DNA of 60,756 nt from Intoshia linei. Lineage: Eukaryota > Animalia > Orthonectida. The position numbers were made by a program, and so were the translations under genes. The stretch lies in contig LWCA01000076.1 of the NCBI GenBank assembly GCA_001642005.1, positions 1 to 60,756 of the forward strand, given 5' to 3'. Below the pieces are notes generated by a model. That model was not told the origin of the DNA, ran no database searches, and saw nothing but the letters and a program-made list of their open reading frames with translations. Positions 15,821 through 27,871 of this stretch are shown here, piece after piece (within the stretch, counting starts at the first letter, position 1; each line of letters starts with the position of its first letter).

Positions 15821-16386
15821 TTATATATCCAGTTTTCCTAATTTGAAATTAAATTATTTATTTTGATATTATTTGATAGTAATCTTTGGAACGTTTTTAA
15901 AGGGTTTTTAATATTGTTTTTATTTGATAAACAAAACTTTCGTCTTAAATTAGTTCTTCTTAACCGGTGCATAATCGATTTTTGGGCGCAAAAGGCACAT
16001 TTTCTGTTTTTATCAATTAGGTTAATAAATTAATGAGTTGATTAAAAAAAGTTACAAGATTATTAGTGATAATTTTCGAATCTACAGAATATGACAAAAA
16101 TGTGTAATACAGGGTAATTCTTATTTAAGGAATTCTTTGCAAACTGGAAAAAATTCCTAATTATCAGAATGTAATTTTTAGATAATTATTAATGTTTTCT
16201 ATTGATAAATCTTTGTATTTTCTTAAATTAATCTCTTTTGGAAACACCCTAATGGGCACGTATAGAAAAATGTGATGGTTTTTTGGGGGATACCTGAAAA
16301 TAAAATCTATATATATTTTAATTAATATCATAACCGAGTTACAGTATTTGATGTATTTTATTGGCATATCAGTTTCAATTTAAAAT

Positions 16387-18624
16387 TTAATTGGTATTTT
16401 TATGTTTAAGCCACCAAGTGGTCATTTCACCTTTTCCTTTAATTGCTACTACATTTTTGGTAAAATTAAAATTTGACGTGATATTTTGATTTTGATTTTG
16501 AATAAATCTATACATGTCATCAGTAATCAAACAAGTTTTTGAATTTTTTGGACATTTGGAGAGCATACGCGAAGCAACATTAACAGTATCACCGTAAACT
16601 GAAAATCTACAATTAAATTTCCCTATAGCTGAAGCAGAAACCGGTCCAATATTGATACCAATAGATATATTGAGGTTGTCCTTATGAATCCTTTCAATGG
16701 CATCAAAAATTGAACTATGAGTGTTGGATTCATTCCAAAGTCCACTAATAATCAAAACATAATTGTCAAAAGAGTCTAAAGCGGTTAATTTTAATTCTTG
16801 GAGTATTATGAGTGAATTTGAAATATCATTAATAATTTCGTTGTACATTTCGATAGATTCTTCTTTTGATTGATATTCACTTTTTCTGTCTATTCTTGCA
16901 AAAACGACTAAAACATCATCTCGATTTTCAGTTATTTCTTCGTCTTGACCGGCAAAAATCTTCATTATAATTCTGTTTGGTAAAAATTTGTCGAGTTTTT
17001 CATACAAATGTGTCATTTGTAAATTTTTAGCAGTAATCATATTTTCAGCAGAAGTTGTATATTTTTTGCACATGTACATGATTCTGTAATGTTGAAAACT
17101 AACATTACCATCTGAATCTTTTAGTATCTTTACTATTTCTAGTGCATTTATTTTACTATGATAAATTTCATAAATTACCTTTTGCATAGTTTCTTTTATC
17201 GTGGGTGAAGTAAAGTCAACATGTTTAAATTTTTTTAAATTTTCAGATTTTTCAATTTCTATTGTATTATTTTTTTTTATTTTTTTATTTGTCCAAATTT
17301 TATAAACTATACGGGAATATTGTATCAAATCCATGCAACACGTTTGTTTAACTTTAAATTCATTTATTTTTGATTTTTTGCGACAAAAATTTAAAGTGAA
17401 CCCATCAAGTTTAATCAACCAATCGTTGCCCAAAAAACAATTTTCAGTAGATAAATTTTCATGAAATATTCCAAGTTTATGCAAATAAGCTAAACCAGAT
17501 ATTATATCAAAGCAGAATGAAAATTTGAATAAATAATCTATTTTAACATTGTCTTGTTTTAAAAGTTGAGATAAATTTCCATATTTGCAGTATTGACTAC
17601 AAACATAAATGCAGGCATCTTGTTTAACGCAAAATAATCCTTTAAATTTGACCAAATTTTCATGGTTTAATTTTAAAATTTGTTTAATTTCATATTTTAA
17701 TCTAAGGCTGTTTATTTTTAATGGACCGTTCATTTTTATTTTTTCTACCAAAACATTACAGGGTTTGGGAATTAAACTATAATTCGAATTTTCGATGCAG
17801 TATTTTGAAAAATTTGAAAATATTAAATTTTGAAAATTTGTATCCTTTATATACCATTCAATTTCAGAATAATTTTTATAAAATTTTAAAAGTATTTTTA
17901 CCAACAATCGTACAACAAAGAGAAATATCAAAATTACTATCATTATTAGGATAATAAATAAAATTGTATGCCAGCTACATTTTCCACAGTCTATTGCACA
18001 ATTTGAACAAGTTTCAGTGACGGAATCACATCGATCATTTCCACAATACTCTCGTTGTCTTATAATCACTAATCTTCCAATTATGTTGTAGTTTGCATTC
18101 ACTTGAACGCAAATTCCTATAAATGCATATGTTGGTTCAAATAAATTATTCAAAGTATAATTAATGACAAAATTTTGTTTTTTCAATAGTACACTTGATA
18201 TTACCTCTCTTTTTGACCACATGAAATTTTTGTTTGTATAAAAACTGTTTATGTTCATATTCATTTTTAGTTTTTTTTTAGAATAGCTACATAACTGTAG
18301 CAAATTTTTAAATTTCTCGTTTTTGATTGAAAAAAAAATTTCTTTTGATATACTTAATGAACAAGAAAATCCATTTATTTTAATCTTATCAGTTAAAGAC
18401 ATATTGGATGGTTTGAAATATAGAGATGTTGTAACCTTTTCAAATACCACTAAATCATAATTTGGTTGGACTATCCATTCAATGGTTGGTAAATTTAAAT
18501 TGTCAATATCAATATTATTAATAATATTATTGGTTGTATGATTCCAATTAAATGCATACGTTTTAAAATATTTATCACTTTTTATTGTAATTATTTCCAT
18601 TAATAACATTGTAATTATCAGCAT
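16387..18624 (-). CDS. Intronless receptor guanylyl cyclase-like protein: signal peptide, ectodomain with Cys-rich motif, TM, kinase-homology domain, degenerate class III cyclase domain
   Basis: 745-aa ORF; TM ILFIILIMIVILIFLFVV; KHD LNHENLVKFKG..YCKYGNL..GLAYLH..HENLSTENC; cyclase IGINIGPV..IG...RFSVYGDTVNVASRM..IKGKGEMTTWWL. Confidence 0.9.
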   Translation of the reverse strand: MLIITMLLMEIITIKSDKYFKTYAFNWNHTTNNIINNIDIDNLNLPTIEWIVQPNYDLVVFEKVTTSLYFKPSNMSLTDKIKINGFSCSLSISKEIFFSIKNEKFKNLLQLCSYSKKKLKMNMNINSFYTNKNFMWSKREVISSVLLKKQNFVINYTLNNLFEPTYAFIGICVQVNANYNIIGRLVIIRQREYCGNDRCDSVTETCSNCAIDCGKCSWHTILFIILIMIVILIFLFVVRLLVKILLKFYKNYSEIEWYIKDTNFQNLIFSNFSKYCIENSNYSLIPKPCNVLVEKIKMNGPLKINSLRLKYEIKQILKLNHENLVKFKGLFCVKQDACIYVCSQYCKYGNLSQLLKQDNVKIDYLFKFSFCFDIISGLAYLHKLGIFHENLSTENCFLGNDWLIKLDGFTLNFCRKKSKINEFKVKQTCCMDLIQYSRIVYKIWTNKKIKKNNTIEIEKSENLKKFKHVDFTSPTIKETMQKVIYEIYHSKINALEIVKILKDSDGNVSFQHYRIMYMCKKYTTSAENMITAKNLQMTHLYEKLDKFLPNRIIMKIFAGQDEEITENRDDVLVVFARIDRKSEYQSKEESIEMYNEIINDISNSLIILQELKLTALDSFDNYVLIISGLWNESNTHSSIFDAIERIHKDNLNISIGINIGPVSASAIGKFNCRFSVYGDTVNVASRMLSKCPKNSKTCLITDDMYRFIQNQNQNITSNFNFTKNVVAIKGKGEMTTWWLKHKNTN

Positions 18625-18863
18625 TTTTATTTTAAATTGCGTTATTTTTGTTTGAAACGCATATTGAAGTAGAAATATTTCTTTTACTTTTCATTTTAAC
18701 ATTTATGAAGCAACAGGTAACATTACAAAAAACTTAAATTATCTTATTGATGAATTAATGAATATGAAGCCTACATCAACGCAGAACAAAAGAAACTTTT
18801 CGATAAGACTTAGCAGAAGAGATAATTTCTGTCTTAAGGTGTTCAAAGGAAAGTCCTGATGAT

Positions 18864-19223
18864 TTGATTGATAATGAGGAAATTAAAGACTCTCAACAAT
18901 TTGAAATTAAGGGATGTGTCTTCACCAATCAGAAGGTTGAATTTGAACCACTTAACGAAGAAAGAAGCGTAGATGATCAAATTGAGGCTGATAAAACACT
19001 TCAAAGTGAAGATGTATCTGACTCTGAAAAGATGGAAACGGAACAAGATGAAGACGTTTCTGAAAAAATTAATGAAAATGCATGTACAAATAACGTAACA
19101 GAAAATACAACTACAAATAACAAGGATGAGAATCAAAATACCACTACAAATAACGAGGTGAATGAAGATATATCTCCAGAGAAGGAAAATAAAGACAGTG
19201 CCAGTGACGACATCACTATATAA
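18864..19223 (+). CDS. Acidic low-complexity ORF of unknown function (possibly a terminal exon or relic)
   Basis: 119 open codons with coding-like composition, E/D/N/T-rich, with duplicated NTTTNN. No clear ATG or upstream exon identified. Confidence 0.35.
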   Translation: MIDNEEIKDSQQFEIKGCVFTNQKVEFEPLNEERSVDDQIEADKTLQSEDVSDSEKMETEQDEDVSEKINENACTNNVTENTTTNNKDENQNTTTNNEVNEDISPEKENKDSASDDITI

Positions 19224-20019
19224 AGTGATTCCTTCACGGTTAAAAAAGCACTTTAGTATTCATTTCTTATTATTTCCAAATTATTTTATTAACAAATATG
19301 TAAAACAAAAAATTTTAAATAATTAACGGATTATACACTCATTCTCTCTAATAATTAAAAAAATGGGATAACAAAATTGTTTATAAAATTATTTAAACAA
19401 ATGTTAACAAAATAAAATTAAGTGGGAATAATTCACTTTAAATTAAAAGGTAGTGTGAAATGGTAAAAAAAGTTTAGGAACACTTCCATTAAAGCAGGAA
19501 TCCCAACCTATCAATCGTCAAAATGAAAAAATTAGAATTAATATTTTATGTTAACAACACTCGTCATTAAAATCATCTCTATTTTAGACAATTTATTTTA
19601 ATATTTATAAAATTTAATTGTATTTATATGTACATTATACATGTATTGTTAAAAAGTAATTCATTATATGTGGAATGGGTACCTGAACTTTTCTTATGTA
19701 AATCTTACTTACTAATATTATTATGATATACCTGCTACATTAAATTATATCATTTGGATTAGTCCACTATTTCTTATACTAGGTTTTCCAGGTAATTTTC
19801 AAATATACAGAGAAAGTGCTTTGAATTATTCGAAATTTTAATTTTTATGTTTTCTACAATCATACCTTTTAATTTTTAACATTGTTTCCGAACAGAAACA
19901 TTTTTCTAGTCAATGTATTAGTAGATCGTCACTGATTGAAAAATTTTTAAGTCGATCGCATCAGAAAAGGTTGGCCACCCCTTAGTAGCGGATCTAGGTG
20001 GGGTGCAGTGGCGGCGTGT

Positions 20020-20870
20020 TTTTATGAAAAATTGCGTAGCAATGAAAAAAATCAGAAGGAATCAATTATATAGATTTCCACCCATATCACTTTATCGGAA
20101 ATTTGTAGAAGTTCAATTATATAATTATAATTATTATTAATAGAAGTATAATTATTTACTTTTTCATTTTAATCCAACATTTGAAAAATATTCGTTGATA
20201 ATACATATGTATATTAAAAATTATTTTTCACCGGGAATGCGTAGGTTTCTGAGGATGAAATTTTGTATTTATATCAACTGGAGTAAGCTGTATCAGAATA
20301 ATCTTTTTTTTAATTGTAGGACTGTTAATTATTTCAAATTTTTTGTTTTAATAAAATAGCTTCAAATTAAAAAAAATGAATACTAAAGTACTTTTTTGAT
20401 TATGAAGGCGTCACTTTATCAGATTGAAATTTTACGTGTATGTTAACAGGATATAACTGTATTATCTTTAATTTTTTAAATTCTAGGGCTGTTTTCATAA
20501 TTTAAAAAAAGGTAATTTGGGTTTTTGATCGTGAAAATTATCTTTTTTGAGGTTACCATTTATGATAATGCTTATGAATTTAAATACCATCCCAGAATTT
20601 ATGTTGTATAAACTTCTAGGACTTTCTTAATTTTTACAAAAAAAAGTAATTTGTGGTTTTGGCCATGATTTTGTATTTGAAAATAATCATAATATTAATG
20701 AATTTATAAGTTTTTATTAGAATTTTATTTTATAATTCTAGGTGGGGTTTGAATTGGGGAATTACAATTGGGGTTTTTCACTATAAAGGACTCAATAACG
20801 GAAATTGAAATTTGCGATAAAAAATCACTATAGAAAAACTGTATTAGAAATATGGAATTTGTAAAACTAG
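20020..20870 (-). mobile_element. Reverse-oriented degenerate copy of the Helitron-like family; boundaries approximate
   Basis: Reverse-complement match to 32480-32790 and 33100-33195 (ttctagggctgttttcat; aattgcgtagcaatgaaaaaa). Confidence 0.7.
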
Positions 20871-22686
20871 AAGCCTCTTACGTTCCTAAATAAACGAGAA
20901 CAAACAAATAAATATACAGACATACATTTTAAACTATTTTACTTTATATAAAGTAAGGATTTGTAAATTTATTTATTTTTATGTTGTGAATAGTATATAT
21001 TTTTATGCAATTTTTATTGTATTGGTGCAACTTTGTTGTTTTGAAAATATTTTGGAAATTTATATGTTTCGTAATAATCTCGCTGAATGTTAGTTATATC
21101 ATTAAGCACTATACAAAGTATTATTACTGCAACAATAGAAAAATAAATCATGATAATATGAAATCCATAGGCTGCTTCTTTTTGGTTGATTTGCATCAAT
21201 TTTTCAAACGATAAAATATCTAAATTTGATAATTATAATTATCTAAATATTAAAAAACTAATATTATATTGATATTACCTTCACAATTCAGCAAACCAGG
21301 CACCCAAGTGACATTAATAGAGCATGTACTTACTCTAACGAGTTAATTAATTGGTTGCATTAAAACGTGCCTCTTAAATTCAAATTTACTATCATTTTTA
21401 CATTTATATTCTACGATTGACGTATATGAAGAGTTGGTACTATTATAAGTTATTTCTTTATTTCAAAATGGAATTAAAAGACATTTGATTACTAAAAATA
21501 TAGATTTGATTAGAAAATAATTTACCTGAACAATCGAAATTTTTCAAATTAACCAAACTTTTATTACAAGTAATATCGAACCAAGAAATTATATTTTTTA
21601 CTGGTGCGCATTTGATAGTAATGCTTCTATAATTTTTATAGAAGCCATAGCCTAGTGGGCATGTTAACATAATTTTAGAATAAATGTCCATTTTATCCAA
21701 TAAATATCGATGCAATTCTATGCGATTACATGTGGTTTCTAAGTATTAATTAAATTTTTTATATTGCAAATGAACTGTAGCATTTCAAATCTTTTACAGC
21801 TATGTTTCCACTAATGTCACATTTTTTGTATATCATTGCATCATCAGTATAAGCAATTTTTGTGTTTAATCTATAATTTCTATTGCAAGAAATTGGTATT
21901 TTTTCATCATAATAATAAATTCCAGTTATTATATCCATATTTACATTTACTAACCAGACATACAGCGTTTTCGTATCGCATAATATAGCTAAATTAATTT
22001 AAACATATTAAAATTTATAATATTAGTTTTTCGGGTTCGTAATAAACCCTTAAAAACGTTTATTAAACTTATATACAGTCCATTCTCTATAATTTAAAAT
22101 ACATAATATTTCAATTCACATTGTTTAAACATAATAATTTTGCTTCATAATGTTTATATGTTAAAAAAGTATATAATATTAAAATGTTCTGCATTTTGAA
22201 AAAAGCATTTTACATATTTATACAATAATAATTATAATATCATAAAAATTTAAACTGTTCGATTTTCTAATTTTAAAATTAAATACACTAATAGACAATT
22301 TCCAACTTTTTGTTGTGCACCCAGACAAAATTAATATCATATGAAAGGTAATTTTAAGAATGAGATATATCATCACCAAAATCTAAATGCAGTTTTTGAA
22401 TAAATCGACAAAACGTAAATGGTTAATTTTTTAAAAAATATATCAAAAACCTAAAACTTTGATTCTCTGTTTCAGCACTTTATAATTATTATTTTTTGAT
22501 ACAAATTTCATAATAAATACTAAATTAACTATTCTATCGGACTAATTCATCAAAATGTACATATTTTATAATAAATTTTTAGAAAAATTTTAAAACATTA
22601 TACAAAACTTCGAAAACACATCGAAAGGTTCCATATGTAGTTGACAATATATGGCACTATCGAATCACATTGAAAATAAACTATAA

Positions 22687-23022
22687 TCCTTACTTCTATA
22701 ATATGCTACGTCTTAGAATTTTATAAAAACCACATTTCAATTACAATTTTTTCCAGATGATTATAAGATAAATTTCAACCTCCCAATCTCACATCTTACG
22801 GGTCAAAAACCCTAATTTTCCTTTTTTTCCCTATTAAAATTATAAATATTATCATAAATTTAAATTTCAAAAAAATATATCTTTAGGACCAAAAACCTAA
22901 TTTACCTTTTTTTTAAATGAAAACAGTCCTAGAATTTAAAAAAATCTGTTTAAATTTAAATAAAAATGAGCCCTCAGTAGAGCTAGATGCTGTTTAAACG
23001 TAGTACATAACAGTCAACCTAG
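22687..23022 (+). mobile_element. Complete short non-autonomous Helitron (336 bp)
   Basis: A|TCcttac...hairpin...aacCTAG|T: 5' TC, 3' CTAG, A/T insertion site, no TSD. Confidence 0.85.
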
Positions 23023-26000
23023 TTTACTTATAAAATAAATGCTTATATTAAAATGTTCCTCAATTTAAACGAAATTAAATTTTTAAAATAAAGAGAATCG
23101 ACTGTAGTACGTTTGCATGATAAAATGTCATATTTATTGGCATATTCCAAAATCCCTTTAAGACAAACAACATGAATGATTTTTTCAGTAGAAACAGTTT
23201 CATCTCTATAAAGAATATAACCATCTCTACAGTATAGAGATATTTCTGTATTTTCTAAAACTAAGTCGGTGGATTTATTCCAAGCTCCTTTCAAATCGAA
23301 TGGTGGGTATGCCATAGCTAAACGTTATAATGTAAACCAACAACTACATAATATATTGGATTATTTATTAATACCGAAACATTCTGTTGCAGTAGCATCC
23401 CATAATCCGCCAGTTATGCACGTAATTATTATTCTTGTAGATCCCAGCTTTGTACGTGTATTATTGATACAGGCAAATATTAAATAGTTTCCTGGTTTAT
23501 AAATATTTTCGTCGTTGACCTCATTATTAATAGATGATTCATATATAACGACTTGTCCTTTTAAAACAGGAATCTTTCCATATTGGCAAACCAACACTAT
23601 CAGCGAGTAAGATATATTATATTAATCATTTCATAAATAATTAAATTTGCATTCGAAGGAAATGTGCAATGAAAATATCACATCTGTAGCATTCTTAACA
23701 TATCGCACCCAAAGACCCTGTTCACCACAATACACAATAATATCATTGTTATAATGACTTTGATAGCCTTTTCTACACTCTATTTTCAAATACGTACCTA
23801 TCGATCTATGAATGGTAGCATTTACATAAGTGGTATTGTAATTTATCATCTTTGTTATTATAGGACACAAAATACCTAAAATTATTTATAAAGAGAACCA
23901 TCACGTCAAATGAAATTGCATTACGTTTACAATGCAAGGTAACGGGGCTCCATTGAAAATTTTCGCATTTAGAATATTCAATATGTCCAAATAAGTGATT
24001 TGCAATGTATCCTTTTTTATATTTATATTTAATATTGTTTTCGTCAATTTTAATTACAACTGCATTGTTTATCTTTTGATAACTGGGACATTCCACTAAT
24101 AATTTTATATAGTCATGTGAAATGTCAAGCGATTGGGGATTGCATAAATTTCAAAATCAAATGTGGACTGACACAGCATTACATGTATATTAGGTGGTCC
24201 AAAAAAATTTTAAAAAATAATTATTTTTTCGACATTCAGTATTTGCATTAACATTGATAAGTAAAAATATCATGATTCATGGTTTTCTACAATTACACTA
24301 AAATAAAGCTTATAAATGAATCGAAATTGTTCAAGAAAATCGGATGCAGCTTTAAAAGATAGATGTATTATGAAATTTAATCATAATATAGAATAAAATA
24401 TTAAATGGGACCATTCTTGTAAAGCCGTAATTGCTAAATTCACCAATAAATAAATATAGAGCACAAAATAATATACCATCTTGTCCAGAAATACCCTTAA
24501 AATGACCATAACAAAATTTTAACTATTTCAATTAGCATTAAGTTACAGATAAATTAATTATACTACAACTACTACAACTATAAATACCTTACTTGTACTT
24601 AAATTTCAACATATAATGTGATTAAGTCAATATTCACAAAATGTTTAAAATTTTCAGTTTATCCACAATCGTCATTACATATAACTCTTATCTAAATGTA
24701 TAAATCAATTTTTGATTTTTTTTTGATATTGGACCACTCTAATGTACATGCTTATAAACAAGGAATTAAAAGGATTAATTTTTACTTCACCATTTTGAAA
24801 ATTTAATTTAATAATGTAACCAGCCTTATAGTTGAGTTTAAAGTAGTATATTATATTAACATGAATCATTGGAATGTATCTTTACAAATAAAATATGTTT
24901 TCTTGAATGTTTCAATTTTATAATCTGGGCATACTATCGGTATATGAGATTGTTTATAGATATACATTAAACTTTTACAAGCAAGAATCATATATTTAGG
25001 AAGGTTGTTAACTGGCGTAATATTTCCGTCAATTACTGTCGGTAGTTTTTGTGGACACTCCTTAGTAATAGCTAATAAATTTTAAAATGCTTTTCTAGAA
25101 ATTTATTATTTAAAAATACCTCTGCAAGATATTTTAACTCAATAAAATATAGCCTTTATCATCATACTGAATGAATTGTCTGAAAAAACATAGTTATTAA
25201 AACATTCTATTAGAAAGTAGTCAAATATTTTCATCATTATTTCTGCATTTTCTAACTGAATGGATAGTCCTACAAAATGTATATATAATACATATAACTA
25301 CATACTTTGTGGCTTGACTCTTATATATTACAGTGTTTCACGGTATGTAACTACGAAGAACTTTAGAGTCAAATAAATGTAGTTTTATAAAACATAGACG
25401 ATAGTAAAAAAATTTTTTGATAAAAACTTGTTTTGAAGTGGGGCAAAATAAAATAAGATTTAAACATTTATGTGGTAATAAAGTTCAATTTGGCAAATAA
25501 ATTGTATTATCAATATGTACCATTTCAAATTAAATTATATATCAACGTGAATTTGCAAAATTTTGTAAATTACTGACTTAAAGGAAGTTACGAAGTGAAA
25601 ATTTTTTAACAATTTAATAATAATTATGAATACACAATGTACTATTTTTTAGATGAAATTTCGCTATTACCCATGAAAAATATCAATTAATTAAATGTTA
25701 ATTGAATTGCCTAATTAAATACCTTGAGATAAAGATATAAATTAAGATAATGAGATATATAATTCTGTTCCAAATTTGTACAGATCTCAGAATCAAAATC
25801 TGTTTATATGGTGTCTTGCCGACTTATGTATGACAACAGGTTTTTTCTATTGGTCCATGTTGTTAATATATATATTTTTATTATTTAAATTTAGCCTAGA
25901 TTTCTTTATTTTGAGTTTTAGTCGTGATAAAATTCTTACGAATATTACAATAATACTATACTTTTCATCATAATTAACCTCCATAAAAACCATAAAAATT

Positions 26001-26334
26001 GAGTTTTGGTATAATTCAAAATATTGGCCTCATAGCTAAACATGAGGATCAACACCAAAAGACGTTGACCATATATACCGTCAAAAATAAATAATTTCTT
26101 AAATGAAGTTCAGTTTTAATTCATACATAAGATATTTCCATGAGAATATTCAAATGGTGTGCTCCACTTCAATACAATTTTTTATTAAAAAATACTTTCA
26201 CCACGATGATTTTTATAGAAAACTACACGACCTGTACACTAAAGTTGTCGCGATATCTTAAATTTTTCAAAATGTGAAACACCCTAATAGGAATGTGTAA
26301 AATTTATATTTTAGTTTAATTTTAGGTTTTAGAA

Positions 26335-26470
26335 AATTTTTGAACATAATTTGAAGGGGGTTTAAGATTGTTTTTGAACCAAACTTTCAAGAGGGTTTTT
26401 TTTATTTTTTTGAACTAAATTTTCAAGGGGGTTTTTAAGATTTTTTTAAACCAAATTGTAAGGTTGACTT
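26335..26470. repeat. Degenerate ~35-bp tandem repeat, about 4 copies
   Basis: Unit approximately tttttgaaccaaattttcaagggggtttttaaga. A similar style of array lies at 55335-55550. Confidence 0.6.
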
Positions 26471-27374
26471 TAAGTTCTGTTAAAAAATTATTCCTAAAAA
26501 CTCCCTTTCAAATTTAATTTAAAAAGAATCTAAATTTCTAAAACTTTAATTTAATAAACATTATTTAACATCAACATTGACTCCTAAAAATTGGCATATA
26601 CATACGTATACGTATTAATGATAAAAACATAATTATTGATTGTTATTTTAGATAATATTACGATAAAATTTTATTATAATCATAACGTTCATTAAAATGA
26701 AAAAAACTAAACTTTTAGTGTATTTCCCGCCCTTGAGCACCACTATAACATTATGGTAGACTAATGAAACGAAAAAATTTTCATTTGCCCCTCCAGAAAA
26801 TTTTAAAATAATTATTTACTATGAAAAATATGTCCACCCTATTGTACAGGTACATTAATTTACACACAAAATTAAGTAATCTTGCTGTCAAAATGTACGG
26901 AAAGGTTGTTTGAAGCATATAAATATTATAAAATATAATTTTATGATTGCAATCTATGTCTCGATAATATTTTGTAGGATCAATGCAAAGACATTTCAAA
27001 TGTCCAACTACTATACAAAGTGGATTTTCCTGATTAAAACATAACGATTGGCATGAGTGTACTATATAAATATAAAAGCATATAAATATTATAAAATATA
27101 ATAACATATAGTTAGTCGGAAGCATAAATTCTTATTTATATTATGTAAGTAATTGATTTAAAAATGTATGTCTATTTATTTATATGTCTGTTCCAGTTTA
27201 TTTAAGAAAGTAAGAGTAGTCGAGTTTTAAAAATTCCATATTTTTATTTCATTTTTTCGAGGGTGATGTTTTAACTAAAATATCATTTTCAGAATTTGAG
27301 TGCTTCATGGTTAAAAACCCAATTTGCCAATTTTGTTTAAAAAATATATAACAATTTTTAGAATTGTACTGTTC

Positions 27375-27690
27375 TTTATTTTTAATATTATACACACATT
27401 CTATCTAATAAATTAAAAAAATGAAATAATAATTGTTTTTAAAATTCTTTACGCAAATATCAAAAAAAGAAAATTAAATGGGAATAATTCACTTTAAATT
27501 AAAATGTAATATGATATGACGGGTTTACGTGAAACAGGTTGGGAACCACTCCTTTAAAGGGTTGATAATAGTGAATAGTAGGATTTTTAAGTTATATTTT
27601 CTTATTGAATTTATTTTTTTAGTAGAATAAGAATGTGCCCTCCGCAGATATAGATGATGTTTGTATGTAGTACCTAACAGTCAACTACAA
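27375..27690 (+). mobile_element. 3' module of Helitron family (degenerate end)
   Basis: Collinear with 49705-50000, ending gtgccctccgcaga...gtagtacctaacagtcaac. Confidence 0.7.
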
Positions 27691-27871
27691 TAGTAGTAAT
27701 AAATGAACATTTTTGTGAATTATTTATAATAAATTTTGAAAAATTGATAAATAAACTTTAATTTTACGGTCAGTGTAACATTTCTGCAATCATGAACACT
27801 TAAATAATCCAATCCCAAATGTTCACATAGTAGAGAGTAACTTGTTCTATCGTAAAAATAATGAATTTACC

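Larger units (their letters stand above)
21014..27125 (-). pseudogene. Multi-Sushi/CCP-domain type I membrane protein gene carrying premature stops
   Basis: Signal-peptide exon near 27125; about ten ~60-80-codon exons with C..C..GY..C..W..C spacing (for example LKIECRKGY..VYCGEQGLW, ITCITGGLWDATATEC); C-terminal TM near 21100-21165. In-frame stops at 25139-25141, 21463-21465, 21343-21345 and several in 24790-24935. Confidence 0.7.

Noticed and set aside
16020-16367. Coding-looking stretch between ERK and the cyclase gene, including ORF 16164-16367 (-)
   Set aside because: The plus-strand frames I translated are interrupted, no motif was recognised and no consistent exon model could be built.
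21279-25270. Stop-codon reassignment or readthrough suggested by in-frame TGA/TAA in CCP exons
   Set aside because: The long ORFs (745 and 648 aa) and the conserved ERK, furin and PRL exons have no internal stops and use TGG for Trp. The stops are of mixed type and accompany other decay, so pseudogenisation is simpler.
26335-26470. ~35-bp repeats (also 55335-55550) as a CRISPR-like array
   Set aside because: These are degenerate head-to-tail units without unique spacers, in a eukaryotic intron, with no cas genes.
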